Source: Candidatus Bathyarchaeota archaeon (lineage in GTDB: Archaea; Thermoproteota; Bathyarchaeia; Bathyarchaeales; Bathyarchaeaceae). From it: a stretch of DNA of 64,000 nt. The notes under the pieces were generated by a model. It was not told the DNA's origin, searched no databases, and saw nothing but the letters and a program-made list of their open reading frames with translations. The position numbers were made by a program, and so were the translations under genes. The stretch covers positions 32,001 through 96,000 of the forward strand of contig CAVOMX010000014.1 of NCBI GenBank assembly GCA_963697165.1, written 5' to 3'. The first letter of the stretch is position 1, and every line of letters begins with the position of its first letter. Below are positions 1 through 10,763 of this stretch, piece by piece.

Positions 1-1873
1 ACTCATGGAAAAACCCGACGATTACCTAGAATATGCAAACCGAGCAGCCAAGGCTCAACTGCAGATAGAAGAACCCGAATACGCCGAAGAAATTGGAAAT
101 GTCACAGTCCGATTTTGTGGATTACCCGAAGCCACACCTCTACGAATTCTGGGTTCCAAACACATAGGAAAATTTGTGATGCTTGAGGGCATCGTTGTAC
201 GCGCCAGCCCCGCCAGACCAATGGTTATGGAAGGAGCCTTCAAATGCAAATGGTGTGGCGCAATGTCCCATGTTACCCAATCGGGTCCTTTTCTAACAGC
301 TCCCCTTGCATGCAGCGCACCAGAATGCAGAAGAAAAAGCTCCTTTGACTTTATTCAGGAAGAATCCACATTCATTGATACACAAGATGTCCGCATCCAA
401 GAACGACCAGAAGACCTTCCTCCAGGCCAGCTTCCAAGATGGCTAGACATTAAGTTACTTGAAAGAGACCTCGTTGATGCGGCGCGACCCGGAGACCATA
501 TTGCTGTAGTAGGAGTCACCCGAGCAGTTGCCCCAACACTCCCGAAGGTTGGACGACTCAGATCATTCACATTACATTTAGATACAAACTATATCGACGT
601 GGAGAGCAAAGAGCCAGAAAAAGTCCTCATTACACCAGAAGAAGAGAAAAAGATTCGTGAACTGGCAAGAGACCCAGAGATCCATAGTAAGATCATTCAT
701 TCTTTAGCGCCTTCCGTGTACGGCTACGAACACATCAAAGAAGCAATAATGTATCTTCTCTTTGGAGGAGCTGCAAAACACTTCCCGGACATCATAATCC
801 GTGGAGACCTGAACGTTCTGATGGTGGGAGACCCAGGAACAGCCAAGTCCCAGCTCCTGCAGTACGTCGCCAAGATTGCTCCTCGAGGACTATACACTTC
901 TGGTCGTGGAACTACTGCCGCGGGATTGACCGCCGCGGTGCTTCGTGACAAAACAGGCGGAATGACCCTTGAAGCCGGAGCCTTGGTTTTGGCTGATAAG
1001 GGTGTAGCAGCCATAGATGAGATGGATAAGATGCGAACAGAGGACCGAGTAGCCATTCACGAAGTCATGGAACAGCATACAGTTTCAATAGCTAAAGGCG
1101 GTATCGTTGCGACATTAAACGCCAGAACATCCATCCTAGCCGCGGCTAACCCAACATTGGGTAGATACGACCCATACCGGACAGTTGGAGAAAACATTTC
1201 GCTTCCAGTCACGATCCTTTCAAGGTTCGACCTTATCTTCATTTTGAGGGATGTGCCAGAAGCTACTAAAGACGCGCAGATGACCGAGCACATCCTCAAC
1301 CTCCACAGAACAGGAGTATCTCCTACTGAAGCGCCCATAGAAGCTGAACTCTTCCGAAAATATGTCAGCTACGCCAAAAACGTAAAGCCAACACTTACAC
1401 AGGAGGCTCTGGATGGCCTAAAAGAATTCTATCTGCTTATGAGGGCAGCCAGCGAAACCGAGGGCACGCCCGTAGCTATCACTGCGCGGCAGCTGGAGTC
1501 TTTGGTTCGTATTGCTGAGGCTAGGGCTCGTGTAGCCCTCAGAGACAAGGTTACGTTTGAGGACGCTGAGCGAGCCATCGATATTATGAAGATTTCTCTT
1601 GAGCAGGTTGGAATTGATATTTCCTCTCACAAGTTTGATATTGACATAATAATGACGGGAAAGCCAAAGAGCCTACGTGATAAGCTTTCAATAATTCTGG
1701 GACTCATTACAACCATGGAGAAGGAAACGGGAATGGTGGACAAGGAGCGACTGCTGGAGAGGCTTCAAACCGAATATGACATACAGTCTGGAGATGCAGA
1801 ACGGTTTATTGGGCAGATGTTAAAAGAAGGAACCCTCTTTGCACCACGGGATGGTTTCCTCAAGAAGACTTGA
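1..1873 (+). CDS. mcm: Replicative helicase MCM (5' end lies outside the window)
   Basis: Zn finger CKWC...C(SAPE)C, Walker A GDPGTAKS, IDEMDKM Walker B, SRFD arginine finger, C-terminal winged helix. Confidence 0.97.
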   Translation, partial: LMEKPDDYLEYANRAAKAQLQIEEPEYAEEIGNVTVRFCGLPEATPLRILGSKHIGKFVMLEGIVVRASPARPMVMEGAFKCKWCGAMSHVTQSGPFLTAPLACSAPECRRKSSFDFIQEESTFIDTQDVRIQERPEDLPPGQLPRWLDIKLLERDLVDAARPGDHIAVVGVTRAVAPTLPKVGRLRSFTLHLDTNYIDVESKEPEKVLITPEEEKKIRELARDPEIHSKIIHSLAPSVYGYEHIKEAIMYLLFGGAAKHFPDIIIRGDLNVLMVGDPGTAKSQLLQYVAKIAPRGLYTSGRGTTAAGLTAAVLRDKTGGMTLEAGALVLADKGVAAIDEMDKMRTEDRVAIHEVMEQHTVSIAKGGIVATLNARTSILAAANPTLGRYDPYRTVGENISLPVTILSRFDLIFILRDVPEATKDAQMTEHILNLHRTGVSPTEAPIEAELFRKYVSYAKNVKPTLTQEALDGLKEFYLLMRAASETEGTPVAITARQLESLVRIAEARARVALRDKVTFEDAERAIDIMKISLEQVGIDISSHKFDIDIIMTGKPKSLRDKLSIILGLITTMEKETGMVDKERLLERLQTEYDIQSGDAERFIGQMLKEGTLFAPRDGFLKKT

Positions 1874-1890
1874 CATAAAGGGCAATCACA

Positions 1891-4126
1891 TTGAAGATCG
1901 AAGAACTGCCGCTGCATGAATCCGCAAAAAAGGTTCTAACCAGTTTAGGTATCACTGAATTGTATCCGCCTCAACAGGAAGCTGTATTAGCTGGCGCCTT
2001 GGAGGGAAAGAACCTTGTTTTGGCGAGTCCCACAGCCTCAGGCAAAACCTTGGTTGCTGAACTGTGCGCTCTCAAGCATGTTCTAGAACGGGACGGCAAA
2101 GTCCTGTATCTTTCTCCTTTGCGGGCTTTAGCCAGTGAAAAGTTTGAAGAATTCCAGAAATACACGAATATTCGCAAGGCAAACGGAAGGCGGGTCAGCG
2201 TGGGAGTCAGCACAGGAGACTACGACAGCAGCGACCCATGGATGGGGAAACATGACATTATAATCACCACAAACGAAAAAGCGGATTCTCTGCTGAGACA
2301 CCGTGCCCGTTGGGTAAACGATGTTTCTCTGGTGGTTGCCGATGAGGTGCATCTTCTCAACGACGCTGACCGTGGACCAACCCTCGAAGTGGTGCTAGCT
2401 CGTCTCATGCAAGTGAATCCTGACATCCAGCTTGTAGTCTTAAGTGCGACAATAAAGAATGTGCAAGAAGTGGCAGAGTGGCTCAAGGCAATCTCAGTTA
2501 CAACAGAATGGCGACCTGTGACGCTCAGGGAAGGCGTAATCCTCCATGACGAGGTCCACTTTAAGGACGGCGGCGCACTCAAAATAGAAAACATCACTAA
2601 AGACCCCACCCTCAACTTAGCCATTTACACAGTAAAATCTGGAAGCCAAGCATTAGCCTTCGCTGGAACCAGAAGAAACTCCATAAGTCTAGCCAAAAAG
2701 ATTGCAACAAAAATCAAGCCTCTCCTATCCAAACCCATGAAACGTTCTCTGAAGCAGTTGTCTGAGCAGATTCTCACAGCAGGAGAGAGAACCAGACTCG
2801 GCGAGCAGTTAGCCGAGGTTGTTAGCGACGGAGCAGCATTTCATCATGCGGGATTAAGCAGTGGTCACAGAAAAATAATCGAGGACTCTTTTAGGGAAGG
2901 AAAAATCAAGGTTCTAACAGCCACTCCAACATTAGCGTTTGGAATGAATCTTCCAGCAAGAATAGTTATCATCAACGAGTATCGACGATACGAGTCTGGC
3001 TACGGCTATTATCCCATTCCTGTTCTTGAGTATAAACAGATGGCTGGACGTGCCGGAAGACCCCGATATGACAAGTTTGGAGACTCCATCCTGATAGCCA
3101 AGACCGAGGATGAACGCGAGTATCTCATGGAAAGCTATGTTCTAGCTGAAACTGAGAAGATATGGTCTAAACTTGCGGTGGAAAGAATCTTGCGTTCTCA
3201 TGTTTTGGCTACGGTTGCTTCGGATTTTGCTCACACCGAGCAGGGAATCTACGAGTTCTTTGGCAAAACATTCTATGCTTATCAGTATGATTCTCGGGCG
3301 ATAAAGGGGGTTATACAGAAAAGTTTGGGTTTTCTTTTCACCGAGAAGATGATTGAGGTTAGTGGTGACAAGATTTACGCCACCAAGTTTGGACGAAGAG
3401 TCTCCGAACTATATCTGGACCCCCTCACAGGAGTTACAATTAGGGATGCTCTTACTAATCGTGCGCAGCATCTCACGGACGTCAGTTTTCTGCATATGAT
3501 TGCCCGCACGCCAGACATGTTTCCTAAGCTTCGCCCTTACTCGAACGAGATGGACGGTACTCCAGTTCTTTATTGAGGACCATAAGGACGAGTTCATGTT
3601 TGATCTTCCAGACCCATGGATGGACAGGCTGGCTTTCGAGAATTTTCTTGGGGAAACTAAACTGTCTTGGGTACTCAGGTCTTGGATGGATGAAACAAGC
3701 GAGGATGAGATGATTGAAAAGTTTAAGGTTCAGCCAGGAGACCTTTATCGACTCATCTCAACCGCTAAGTGGCTTATTCACGCATCTCATGAGTTGGCTT
3801 CGCTCTTCAATCACAAGGATTTGTTAGCTGATTTAGCTAAATTGACAGTGAGGATTGAGAAAGGAGTTAAGCCTGAGCTACTTCCGTTGGTTACGTTGAA
3901 GGGTATTGGAAGAATCAGAGCCCGCATACTATTTAATTCTGGTTTCAGAACTGTTGATGACCTCAAGAGAGCCCCATTGCCAAAATTAACTGGACTTCAA
4001 TTGATTGGTCCTAAATTGGCTAAGAAGATTAAGGAGCAGATTGGTGGCTACGTTAAGGCGGACGAGTGGCAGAATCTAAAAAATAAAAAAGAGACGGAGA
4101 AACAGCGAGCTCTAACGGAATTCTAG
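1891..4126 (+). CDS. hel308: Hel308/Hjm Ski2-like DNA helicase, split by a +1 frameshift near 3556
   Basis: SPTASGKT, DEVH, SAT and QMAGRAGR motifs in ORF 1891-3576. The C-terminal HhH region (KGIGRIRAR) continues in ORF 3500-4126. Confidence 0.93.
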
Positions 4127-5520
4127 TCAGGTAAGCCCCGAGCGTTTCTTTCCTGTTTTGTCTTTTCTATGACTAGCTCAATCTGTCGGGGGGCAGTGCC
4201 CAGATAGTTTTGTGGGTCAATTACTTTTTCGATTTCCTCAGGCAGGAGCAATTCTTTGACGGTGCAGTTTTCTGAAAGAACATCCTTGAAGGTGCGTTGT
4301 TCATTGTGGCTTTTTATTGCAAGTTCACGGATTAGCTCATGGGCTTTTTGGCGTCCCAGCCCCTTCTTTGCTAGGGCAAGCATAACCGCCTCAGACATCA
4401 TCCGTCCTTGTGTTATGTCCATGTTCTTTCGCATCCTTGTTTCGTCAACCTCCAGCCCCTTCAGTACCTTAATCATCAGAATCAGCATGTAATCGATGAG
4501 TATGCACTCTTCTGGAATCACGAATCGTTCACACGATGACTGGGTAAGATCTCGTTCATGCCACGTGGGAACATTCTCTAACGCTGGCGAAACAAGGCTT
4601 CTTAGCAGCTTCGCCAACCCGCAGATTCTCTCGCTAATCATGGGGTTACGCTTGTGAGGCATTGTTGAGCTGCCAACCTGTTTCTTCTGTTCAAAAGCCT
4701 CGAAAGCCTCGGCAATCTCGGGTCTCTGCAGTTCCCGAATCTCAGATGCAATATTATCTAGTGTAGATGCAATTATAGCTAGGACACAGGTTAATTCAGC
4801 GTAGCGGTCCCTCTGGACAATCTGTGTTGAAATGTCTGATGCACTGATGCCGAGTCGTTCCATAACAAGTTCCTGTATCTTGAGCGCTTTTGGTCCTAAC
4901 CCCGCCTGTGTTCCTACTGCGCCACTCATCTTTCCAGCCAACAATCGTCCCCTACAGTCTCGGAGACGCTGGATGTGTCTGGAGACTTCTCGTGTCCAGA
5001 CTGCAACCTTGAAGCCAAAAGTGGTCGGGAGGGCGTGCTGACCGTGACTTCTTCCCATCATGATGCTCATCTTGTGCTTTTCTGCTCTTGCAAGCAGAAC
5101 TGATTCCAGTTCGTTTAGTCGTTCTTTGATCAGGTTCACAGCTTCGTTTAGCTGCAGAGCAGTTGCGGTGTCTAGCATGTCAGAGCTTGTTGCTCCAAGG
5201 TGAACATATTCTCCGCTTGAGCCGCAGACTTCTGCTAATGCTCTGACCAACGCCATGACGTCGTGCCTGATTTCGTTTTCAATCTCCTTTACGCGTTCAA
5301 GCTTGACGTATCGAGTGGACGCTTTTTCTATGATCCTTTTTGCGTCTTCTTTTGGGATGTTGCCTACTTGGCTGTGAGCCCAAGCTAGCGCCGCTTCTAC
5401 GTCCAGCATCTTTTGTAGTCTGTTTTCTTCGTCGAAGATTCTTCTCATTTCAGGTGAGCCGTAACGGCCTGTATCTATGGGAAGAATTGGCAATTTTGTT
5501 GTCCTCCGGAAACGATACAT
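4123..5520 (-). CDS. purB: Adenylosuccinate lyase
   Basis: RYGSPEM, HLGATSSD, GRSHGQHA and the signature GSSTMPHKRNP. The true start may lie a few codons downstream. Confidence 0.95.
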   Translation of the reverse strand: MYRFRRTTKLPILPIDTGRYGSPEMRRIFDEENRLQKMLDVEAALAWAHSQVGNIPKEDAKRIIEKASTRYVKLERVKEIENEIRHDVMALVRALAEVCGSSGEYVHLGATSSDMLDTATALQLNEAVNLIKERLNELESVLLARAEKHKMSIMMGRSHGQHALPTTFGFKVAVWTREVSRHIQRLRDCRGRLLAGKMSGAVGTQAGLGPKALKIQELVMERLGISASDISTQIVQRDRYAELTCVLAIIASTLDNIASEIRELQRPEIAEAFEAFEQKKQVGSSTMPHKRNPMISERICGLAKLLRSLVSPALENVPTWHERDLTQSSCERFVIPEECILIDYMLILMIKVLKGLEVDETRMRKNMDITQGRMMSEAVMLALAKKGLGRQKAHELIRELAIKSHNEQRTFKDVLSENCTVKELLLPEEIEKVIDPQNYLGTAPRQIELVIEKTKQERNARGLPD

Positions 5521-5591
5521 AAATGTATTGAACTAACCTTTTACCAGTTTCGCCTAAAAATAATGCGTCTCTAGGGCTGGAGAATTGAAAG

Positions 5592-7061
5592 ATGGGAGCG
5601 TTGGTTGCTGCCGTAAACAAGAAAGGAGAAAACGCTATGTCCACGGTAGTTGCTATACTACGTGAGTTGGCTCATAGGGGAAACGGTGGCTACGGAATAG
5701 CAACACCCGCTTTGGCATCAAAAGCTGCGACACTTGAAGAACTGGAGCATAAAAACTGTAGTTCAAGTGTTGCTTTAGGTCACAACCTTTCATGTATCCT
5801 ACCGAGGGACCAGCCTCAGCCGGTTCTGGGCGACGGCTTCACGGTTGTCTTTGAGGGTCGACTGTTTCCTGCCCCCAATTTTCCCGATTTGTCTGAAGTA
5901 CAAGAAATTGCGGGAAAGCTGGGCTCAGACCCGTTGAGAAATGCTGGTAGTATCCTCGAAAAGATGGATGGTTCCTACGTTTTTGCCATTGCAGAATCTA
6001 ATAGGATAGTTGCAGGCAGGGATGTTTTTGGGGCGACTCCCCTCTACTATGGAGAAGATGGGACAGTTTGTGTGGTTGCGTCTGAACGTAAAGCCCTATG
6101 GAAGATTGGACTAAAGGATGTGCAATCTTTTCCTCCAGGGCAATTGGCTGTTATAGACGCAAAGGGCTTCTTTTTTCATGCAATCAAAGAGTTGCGGATG
6201 CCGCCTAGAGAAAAAATGGACATTGAGACTTCGTCGCGAGCTCTTCAGCTTCTTCTTTTGGAGTCAACCAGAAAACAGGTTTCGGACCTTGATGAAGTGG
6301 CTGTTGCTTTTTCGGGGGGCCTAGACAGCAGTGTCGTTGCGGCTCTGGCAGAAAATGTTGGCTTAAACGTTCAGCTTGTTTCTGTGGGGCTAAAGGATCA
6401 GCCTGAGGTCATGTTCACGGAGCAGGCGGCTAAAGCACTAGATTTGCCCATCCACCTCCAAACATACACTACAAGTGAGTTGGAGGAGACTTTTGCTAAA
6501 GTGCTGTGGCTGATTGAGGAGCCTAACCCAATTAATGCTTGTATTGCTGTTCCTTTTTACTGGTTGGCTGAAACCGCAGCGAAGCTGGGGCAGCCGGTCT
6601 TGTTGGCGGGGCAGGGAGCAGACGAACTTTTCGGTGGCTACCAGAGATATCTAACAGAATACGAGAAGTCAGGGGCTGAGGCTGTTGAACAAAAAATGTT
6701 CTATGACGTTAAAAACGCTTATCGCCAAAACTTTCAGAGAGACAACCAAGTCTGCTCATATCACAGTGTAGAACTTAGGATGCCATTCATTGACAGGGAT
6801 GTTGTAGATTTTGCATTACGGTTACCTCTTCGTTTGAAAATTAATTCTGTTGAAGACAAACTTCGAAAAAGAGTACTGCGGCGGGTTGCTAATAATCTAG
6901 ATATTCCCAGTTTCATGGCAGACAAACCTAAGAAGGCAGTCCAATACACGACAGGAGTAACAAAGGCTTTTCAACGCATCGCAAAAAACAAGAATTTAAC
7001 GTTACGAGAATACGTGGAACAGACGTTCAGCAGGATCTACCATTCTAGGAACAGCAACTGA
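5592..7061 (+). CDS. asnB: Asparagine synthetase B-like protein (Ntn domain + PP-loop ATPase)
   Basis: HRG, RDVFG.TPLYYG, FSGGLDSS, GQGADELFGGY, ELRMPF, K.KAVQY motifs. The N-terminal Cys is absent. Confidence 0.8.
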   Translation: MGALVAAVNKKGENAMSTVVAILRELAHRGNGGYGIATPALASKAATLEELEHKNCSSSVALGHNLSCILPRDQPQPVLGDGFTVVFEGRLFPAPNFPDLSEVQEIAGKLGSDPLRNAGSILEKMDGSYVFAIAESNRIVAGRDVFGATPLYYGEDGTVCVVASERKALWKIGLKDVQSFPPGQLAVIDAKGFFFHAIKELRMPPREKMDIETSSRALQLLLLESTRKQVSDLDEVAVAFSGGLDSSVVAALAENVGLNVQLVSVGLKDQPEVMFTEQAAKALDLPIHLQTYTTSELEETFAKVLWLIEEPNPINACIAVPFYWLAETAAKLGQPVLLAGQGADELFGGYQRYLTEYEKSGAEAVEQKMFYDVKNAYRQNFQRDNQVCSYHSVELRMPFIDRDVVDFALRLPLRLKINSVEDKLRKRVLRRVANNLDIPSFMADKPKKAVQYTTGVTKAFQRIAKNKNLTLREYVEQTFSRIYHSRNSN

Positions 7062-7227
7062 TACAGGCGTCTACAAAAGGAGACTGATCAAAACACGAAA
7101 CGGGCAATAGAACTAGTTCATATTAGGAAACTAATAACGGCTGATTATTGAAAACAGGATTTTTAAGAAAACAAAGAAAAGAATGGAAAACTTACTGTTT
7201 TCCAAGAATAGGAATCGGGTATTTTAT

Positions 7228-7410
7228 TTACTCGATAACCTGGATGGCGCCTTCTGGGCACTGCATCTCACATGCTCTACAAATGAGACAGTCCTCAACG
7301 TTTACGGCGACAGACTTTCCGTCTTTCATTTCGTAAACACCGACAGGACAAGTGTCAACACATGTTTCGCATCCATTGCATTTTCCAAGATCTATCTTGA
7401 TTTCAACCAT
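7228..7410 (-). CDS. 2[4Fe-4S] ferredoxin
   Basis: Two CxxCxxCxxxCP motifs in 60 aa; GGAG RBS-like element upstream. Confidence 0.93.
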   Translation of the reverse strand: MVEIKIDLGKCNGCETCVDTCPVGVYEMKDGKSVAVNVEDCLICRACEMQCPEGAIQVIE

Positions 7411-7481
7411 TAGTTAATCAACTCCGTTTTTTAGATTTTAATCAAAATAAAGCAACTAAATAAAAACGTTTCCTAATAAAA

Positions 7482-9029
7482 CTAATCACCGAGTCCTAGA
7501 AGAACTCCGTCGATTGTTGCTTCAGCATCTTCAATTCGGCTCTGATAATCTTCCAGAAGCTTTCCGTATGCTCCCTTGGACACTTCTCCGCGGCTGTATC
7601 TTGCTTTGATGCGTTGAATGTCTTTTTCTGCGCCTTCAAGCTTTGCTTCAGCCACCTCGATTTGCCTCAGCATGTTTGCATACTTGGAGCCTGCAGCCCG
7701 TATTGTCTCGCTGATACTGGAGAGGTTCCTAGATACAGCGGAGAGGCGTCCATCCAGCATCTTTCTTCTGATTTTGTATCTTCGTCTGGGAATTTTTCCG
7801 TTTTGCAACTGCTCTTCTAGGGCTTGAACTTCTGAGCGAATCGCCTCTTTTTCTTCGTACGCATCAACGAAACTCTTGATGTCTTTTGGCTGAACCTGAA
7901 TTTTTGGAACAGAAATTGCTTTAGGTGTGCCCCAGAAAAAGAACACTGCTGACGCGACAACAGCTATTATTCCAACCCATATAGTGGGATAGAGAGAGCC
8001 CCAGAATACGAGGTATCTGTAGTTGATGCTGAAGTTGAGGTCTTGGGACGAAGTTACATCAGAGAAAGCGAAGGAAAGAGTTTCTTGAACATCGCTTTTT
8101 GTGGTAATGTCGGATTCTGGACTAGAGGATTGTAGTGCAGCGCCTTTGGGCAGAGTTATGGAGACAGTTAATTTTCCTATTGTAGAATTGAATTGCTCAT
8201 AGAACGTAAACTGCAAATTGTAGTCAACTCCATTCTGTTGACTAATAAGCATGTTCCTTGGCATACGGTAATTAACATAGATTGTCTCGGTTCCTTTTGT
8301 TTCCACGGCTTCTCTGAAAGTCACCGTCATCAAATTATTTTCTGTTGAAGTCGCAAGTGCACCCATCTCGTCGCGCACTTCAAATCCGTAGGCGCCCTCG
8401 GGAAAAGCGATGTCAACTTCGCTTGCCTGAAATTCTAAGTTGGTTAAGTAGTAAGCGTTAGTAACGTATATGCTTCCAACCTGATCTAAGATTATCTCTC
8501 GCTTAATCTCAGTAAATTCGATTACAACAATTGGACGCTGGAATTCATCAGAGTAATACTGCTTAGACATAGACGTATCAAATAAACTATCAATCACGCC
8601 ATCAGTTTCGTTGTAAAGATTGATATCGGCAATAGTGGCAGGGTCAACGCCTGAAGCATAGATTTCTGTGCCGTTTAGGGCGAGGTCAATAACATGAATG
8701 CCCACATCAAGGTACATAGATTTCTCGGTAAACATGCCAACGAAAGCGTATGTTGAATTATAAAGTCCACCAACATCCACCTTGTATGTCGCTGGGCGGG
8801 TAATGTTAACTTCTATGCCCAAATTAAGGTAATCAAAATATCCGTCATCATCACTGTCCACTCCCACATCATGGATTACCCCAGTAAGGCTTGATGCCAC
8901 CTCGTCTTGGGCGCTAACTGGAGACAGTTGCACCAAGAAAAACAATAATGTCGAAATGATGAAAAGAGAAACCATCATCTTTGTTACTATTCGGTTGTAC
9001 GTGTACGTATTCTTCACATGAAACACCAT
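7482..9029 (-). CDS. Secreted type-I membrane protein, Ribophorin I/Ost1-like, with cytoplasmic coiled-coil
   Basis: Signal peptide (VSA-QD), DSDDDG motif, beta-rich domain with FPEGAYGFEVRDEMG and LTVSITLPKGA resembling Ribophorin I, one TM helix, helical charged C-terminus. Start placed at M31 of the called ORF. Confidence 0.6.
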   Translation of the reverse strand: MVFHVKNTYTYNRIVTKMMVSLFIISTLLFFLVQLSPVSAQDEVASSLTGVIHDVGVDSDDDGYFDYLNLGIEVNITRPATYKVDVGGLYNSTYAFVGMFTEKSMYLDVGIHVIDLALNGTEIYASGVDPATIADINLYNETDGVIDSLFDTSMSKQYYSDEFQRPIVVIEFTEIKREIILDQVGSIYVTNAYYLTNLEFQASEVDIAFPEGAYGFEVRDEMGALATSTENNLMTVTFREAVETKGTETIYVNYRMPRNMLISQQNGVDYNLQFTFYEQFNSTIGKLTVSITLPKGAALQSSSPESDITTKSDVQETLSFAFSDVTSSQDLNFSINYRYLVFWGSLYPTIWVGIIAVVASAVFFFWGTPKAISVPKIQVQPKDIKSFVDAYEEKEAIRSEVQALEEQLQNGKIPRRRYKIRRKMLDGRLSAVSRNLSSISETIRAAGSKYANMLRQIEVAEAKLEGAEKDIQRIKARYSRGEVSKGAYGKLLEDYQSRIEDAEATIDGVLLGLGD

Positions 9030-9278
9030 CAGGTATAATTCTATTTTTTGTTGGCGTAAGTATCGTAGATTACCTTTATTTATTTTTGCCAGAGATAAAA
9101 ACATATAGTTATGCAACAACGATTAGATGACCATACATCTGATTTCAGGACAGTTATAACCAGAAACAAAATAGCTCGAGGAAACAAAATAATAGGTTTT
9201 GAATGCGACTATTAATGTAAGCATGTTCAGAAGAAGCATATCATTACCATAAACATGTAACGCATAAATTTAGTTCTG

Positions 9279-10364
9279 TTAGGGGCTTTTATTCCCTAGT
9301 TTCTTTCCGAAGATTGATTGATTTGTTTTTGAGGACAGGTTTGGTGTTGATGCTTCTCTTGCGTCAGCAGCTTCGGCGCGGTCAATTGAGATGTTAGCGA
9401 TTTCGTGTGCGTGCTGCTGTATTTGTTCTAGGCTGTCGATGACTAGGCGGAGGTTTGCTAGTGCCAAACTGGAGATTTCTGCTTTCTGGTTTGATTTTAG
9501 GCAACTATTCCATAGATTTTCGAGGTCAAATGAGGCATCCAAGACATTGTTTGCCAGAGTAATGTCTTTGGACAGAAGGGCTTGCATAGAATCATTATAC
9601 AATTTTTGGATGTTGTTGCTTGTTTCGACTAAAAGTTTCATGATTGGCGACGGCAACTGGTGACCTGTTAATGAGTTAATATTTTTGGCGATTTTGTTTA
9701 GGTTCCCAGTTATTTCAGAGTTTATGTGGAGAATCTGCAGGTAGTCAACACAATCTATCAATGTTATGTCGCCATTCTGGGATGGTTTTGGGAACAAAAT
9801 TAGGCTTCTGAGGAGACGATTAGTAACCAAAAGAAGCCTCTTGATGTCCCGAGTTCTTCGAGTTAAACCTTTGACCAGATCAACGTTCTGTGTGTCTATG
9901 GCAGAAATCATCTCACAAAACATTAACAGATTTACGTTGTGAATCCGAGTTATTGCCTTGTTGACGGGCATAGTTTGTTTGAGCAAACACACGATCATCA
10001 TCATGTTTCCTGTTACCTCAATTACTTCCAAACCGAACAGGTTGTTGATTGTTTCCCGGATGGATTCATGCTGCTCTTCAGTGAATGTTGTTTCGGTCTT
10101 AAGTTCAATTGTGTCGAATCCATCCAGATATGCTGCAATAATTCCTCGCTTAAGGGATTGGCTTGAGCTGTTTTTGGTTATATCCAGAGTTATTTCTCTA
10201 CGTTGACTGTCTTCAGTTTTTGGATAAATTGAGATTGAACCGTCTTTTTGTGTAACTAACTTTACTTTTTCTCCATGATTCATCATCAATTCGTTTGTCC
10301 AAGATTTGGGAATGGAAATGTAGAGTGTGTTACCTATTTTTTGAATTTTTCTGGTCTCCGACAT
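9279..10364 (-). CDS. Phosphate uptake regulator (AbrB-PhoU fusion)
   Basis: N-terminal RKIQKIGNTLYISIPKSW AbrB domain, then IIAAYLDGFD and PhoU helical bundles. Confidence 0.85.
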   Translation of the reverse strand: MSETRKIQKIGNTLYISIPKSWTNELMMNHGEKVKLVTQKDGSISIYPKTEDSQRREITLDITKNSSSQSLKRGIIAAYLDGFDTIELKTETTFTEEQHESIRETINNLFGLEVIEVTGNMMMIVCLLKQTMPVNKAITRIHNVNLLMFCEMISAIDTQNVDLVKGLTRRTRDIKRLLLVTNRLLRSLILFPKPSQNGDITLIDCVDYLQILHINSEITGNLNKIAKNINSLTGHQLPSPIMKLLVETSNNIQKLYNDSMQALLSKDITLANNVLDASFDLENLWNSCLKSNQKAEISSLALANLRLVIDSLEQIQQHAHEIANISIDRAEAADAREASTPNLSSKTNQSIFGKKLGNKSP

Positions 10365-10763
10365 GACCCTGTACCAGCAATTTAAATTTTATTAACTTTG
10401 ATTAATCTAATAGTTAACATATATATCTTTAGACGAAAAACTTAAATCCAGCTCCCTGCCTTCAGACTCAGAAAAATAGGAAATATCAAGGCGTGTCAGG
10501 GGAAAAAATTCCAATCACAGCTACAAAAAGTACATTTTCTATGACCACATCTAGCATCTGCAATTATGAAAAGCGCCACTGCCGAGTAGCTGAAAAATGA
10601 AACAAGAAATCACGTTTTGAAGTTAACCCATGTGAACAATTAAAGAACGTTTTTTAAGGTGCAAACAATAATTGATTTTTTTACAATTAGAAAAGCTTAT
10701 AGATAATAGCCTACTGAATTTGGCTAGGTCACTTAGTAAATCAAGTTTTCTGGTGAATCCAAT

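Noticed and set aside
3540..3580. Programmed frameshifting in hel308 and other split genes
   Set aside because: No slippery heptamer or common stimulatory structure; scattered indels fit sequencing error better.
10440..10620. Possible riboswitch upstream of the antiporter
   Set aside because: No consensus of the c-di-AMP, fluoride or other riboswitch classes I know, and no strong pairing was found.
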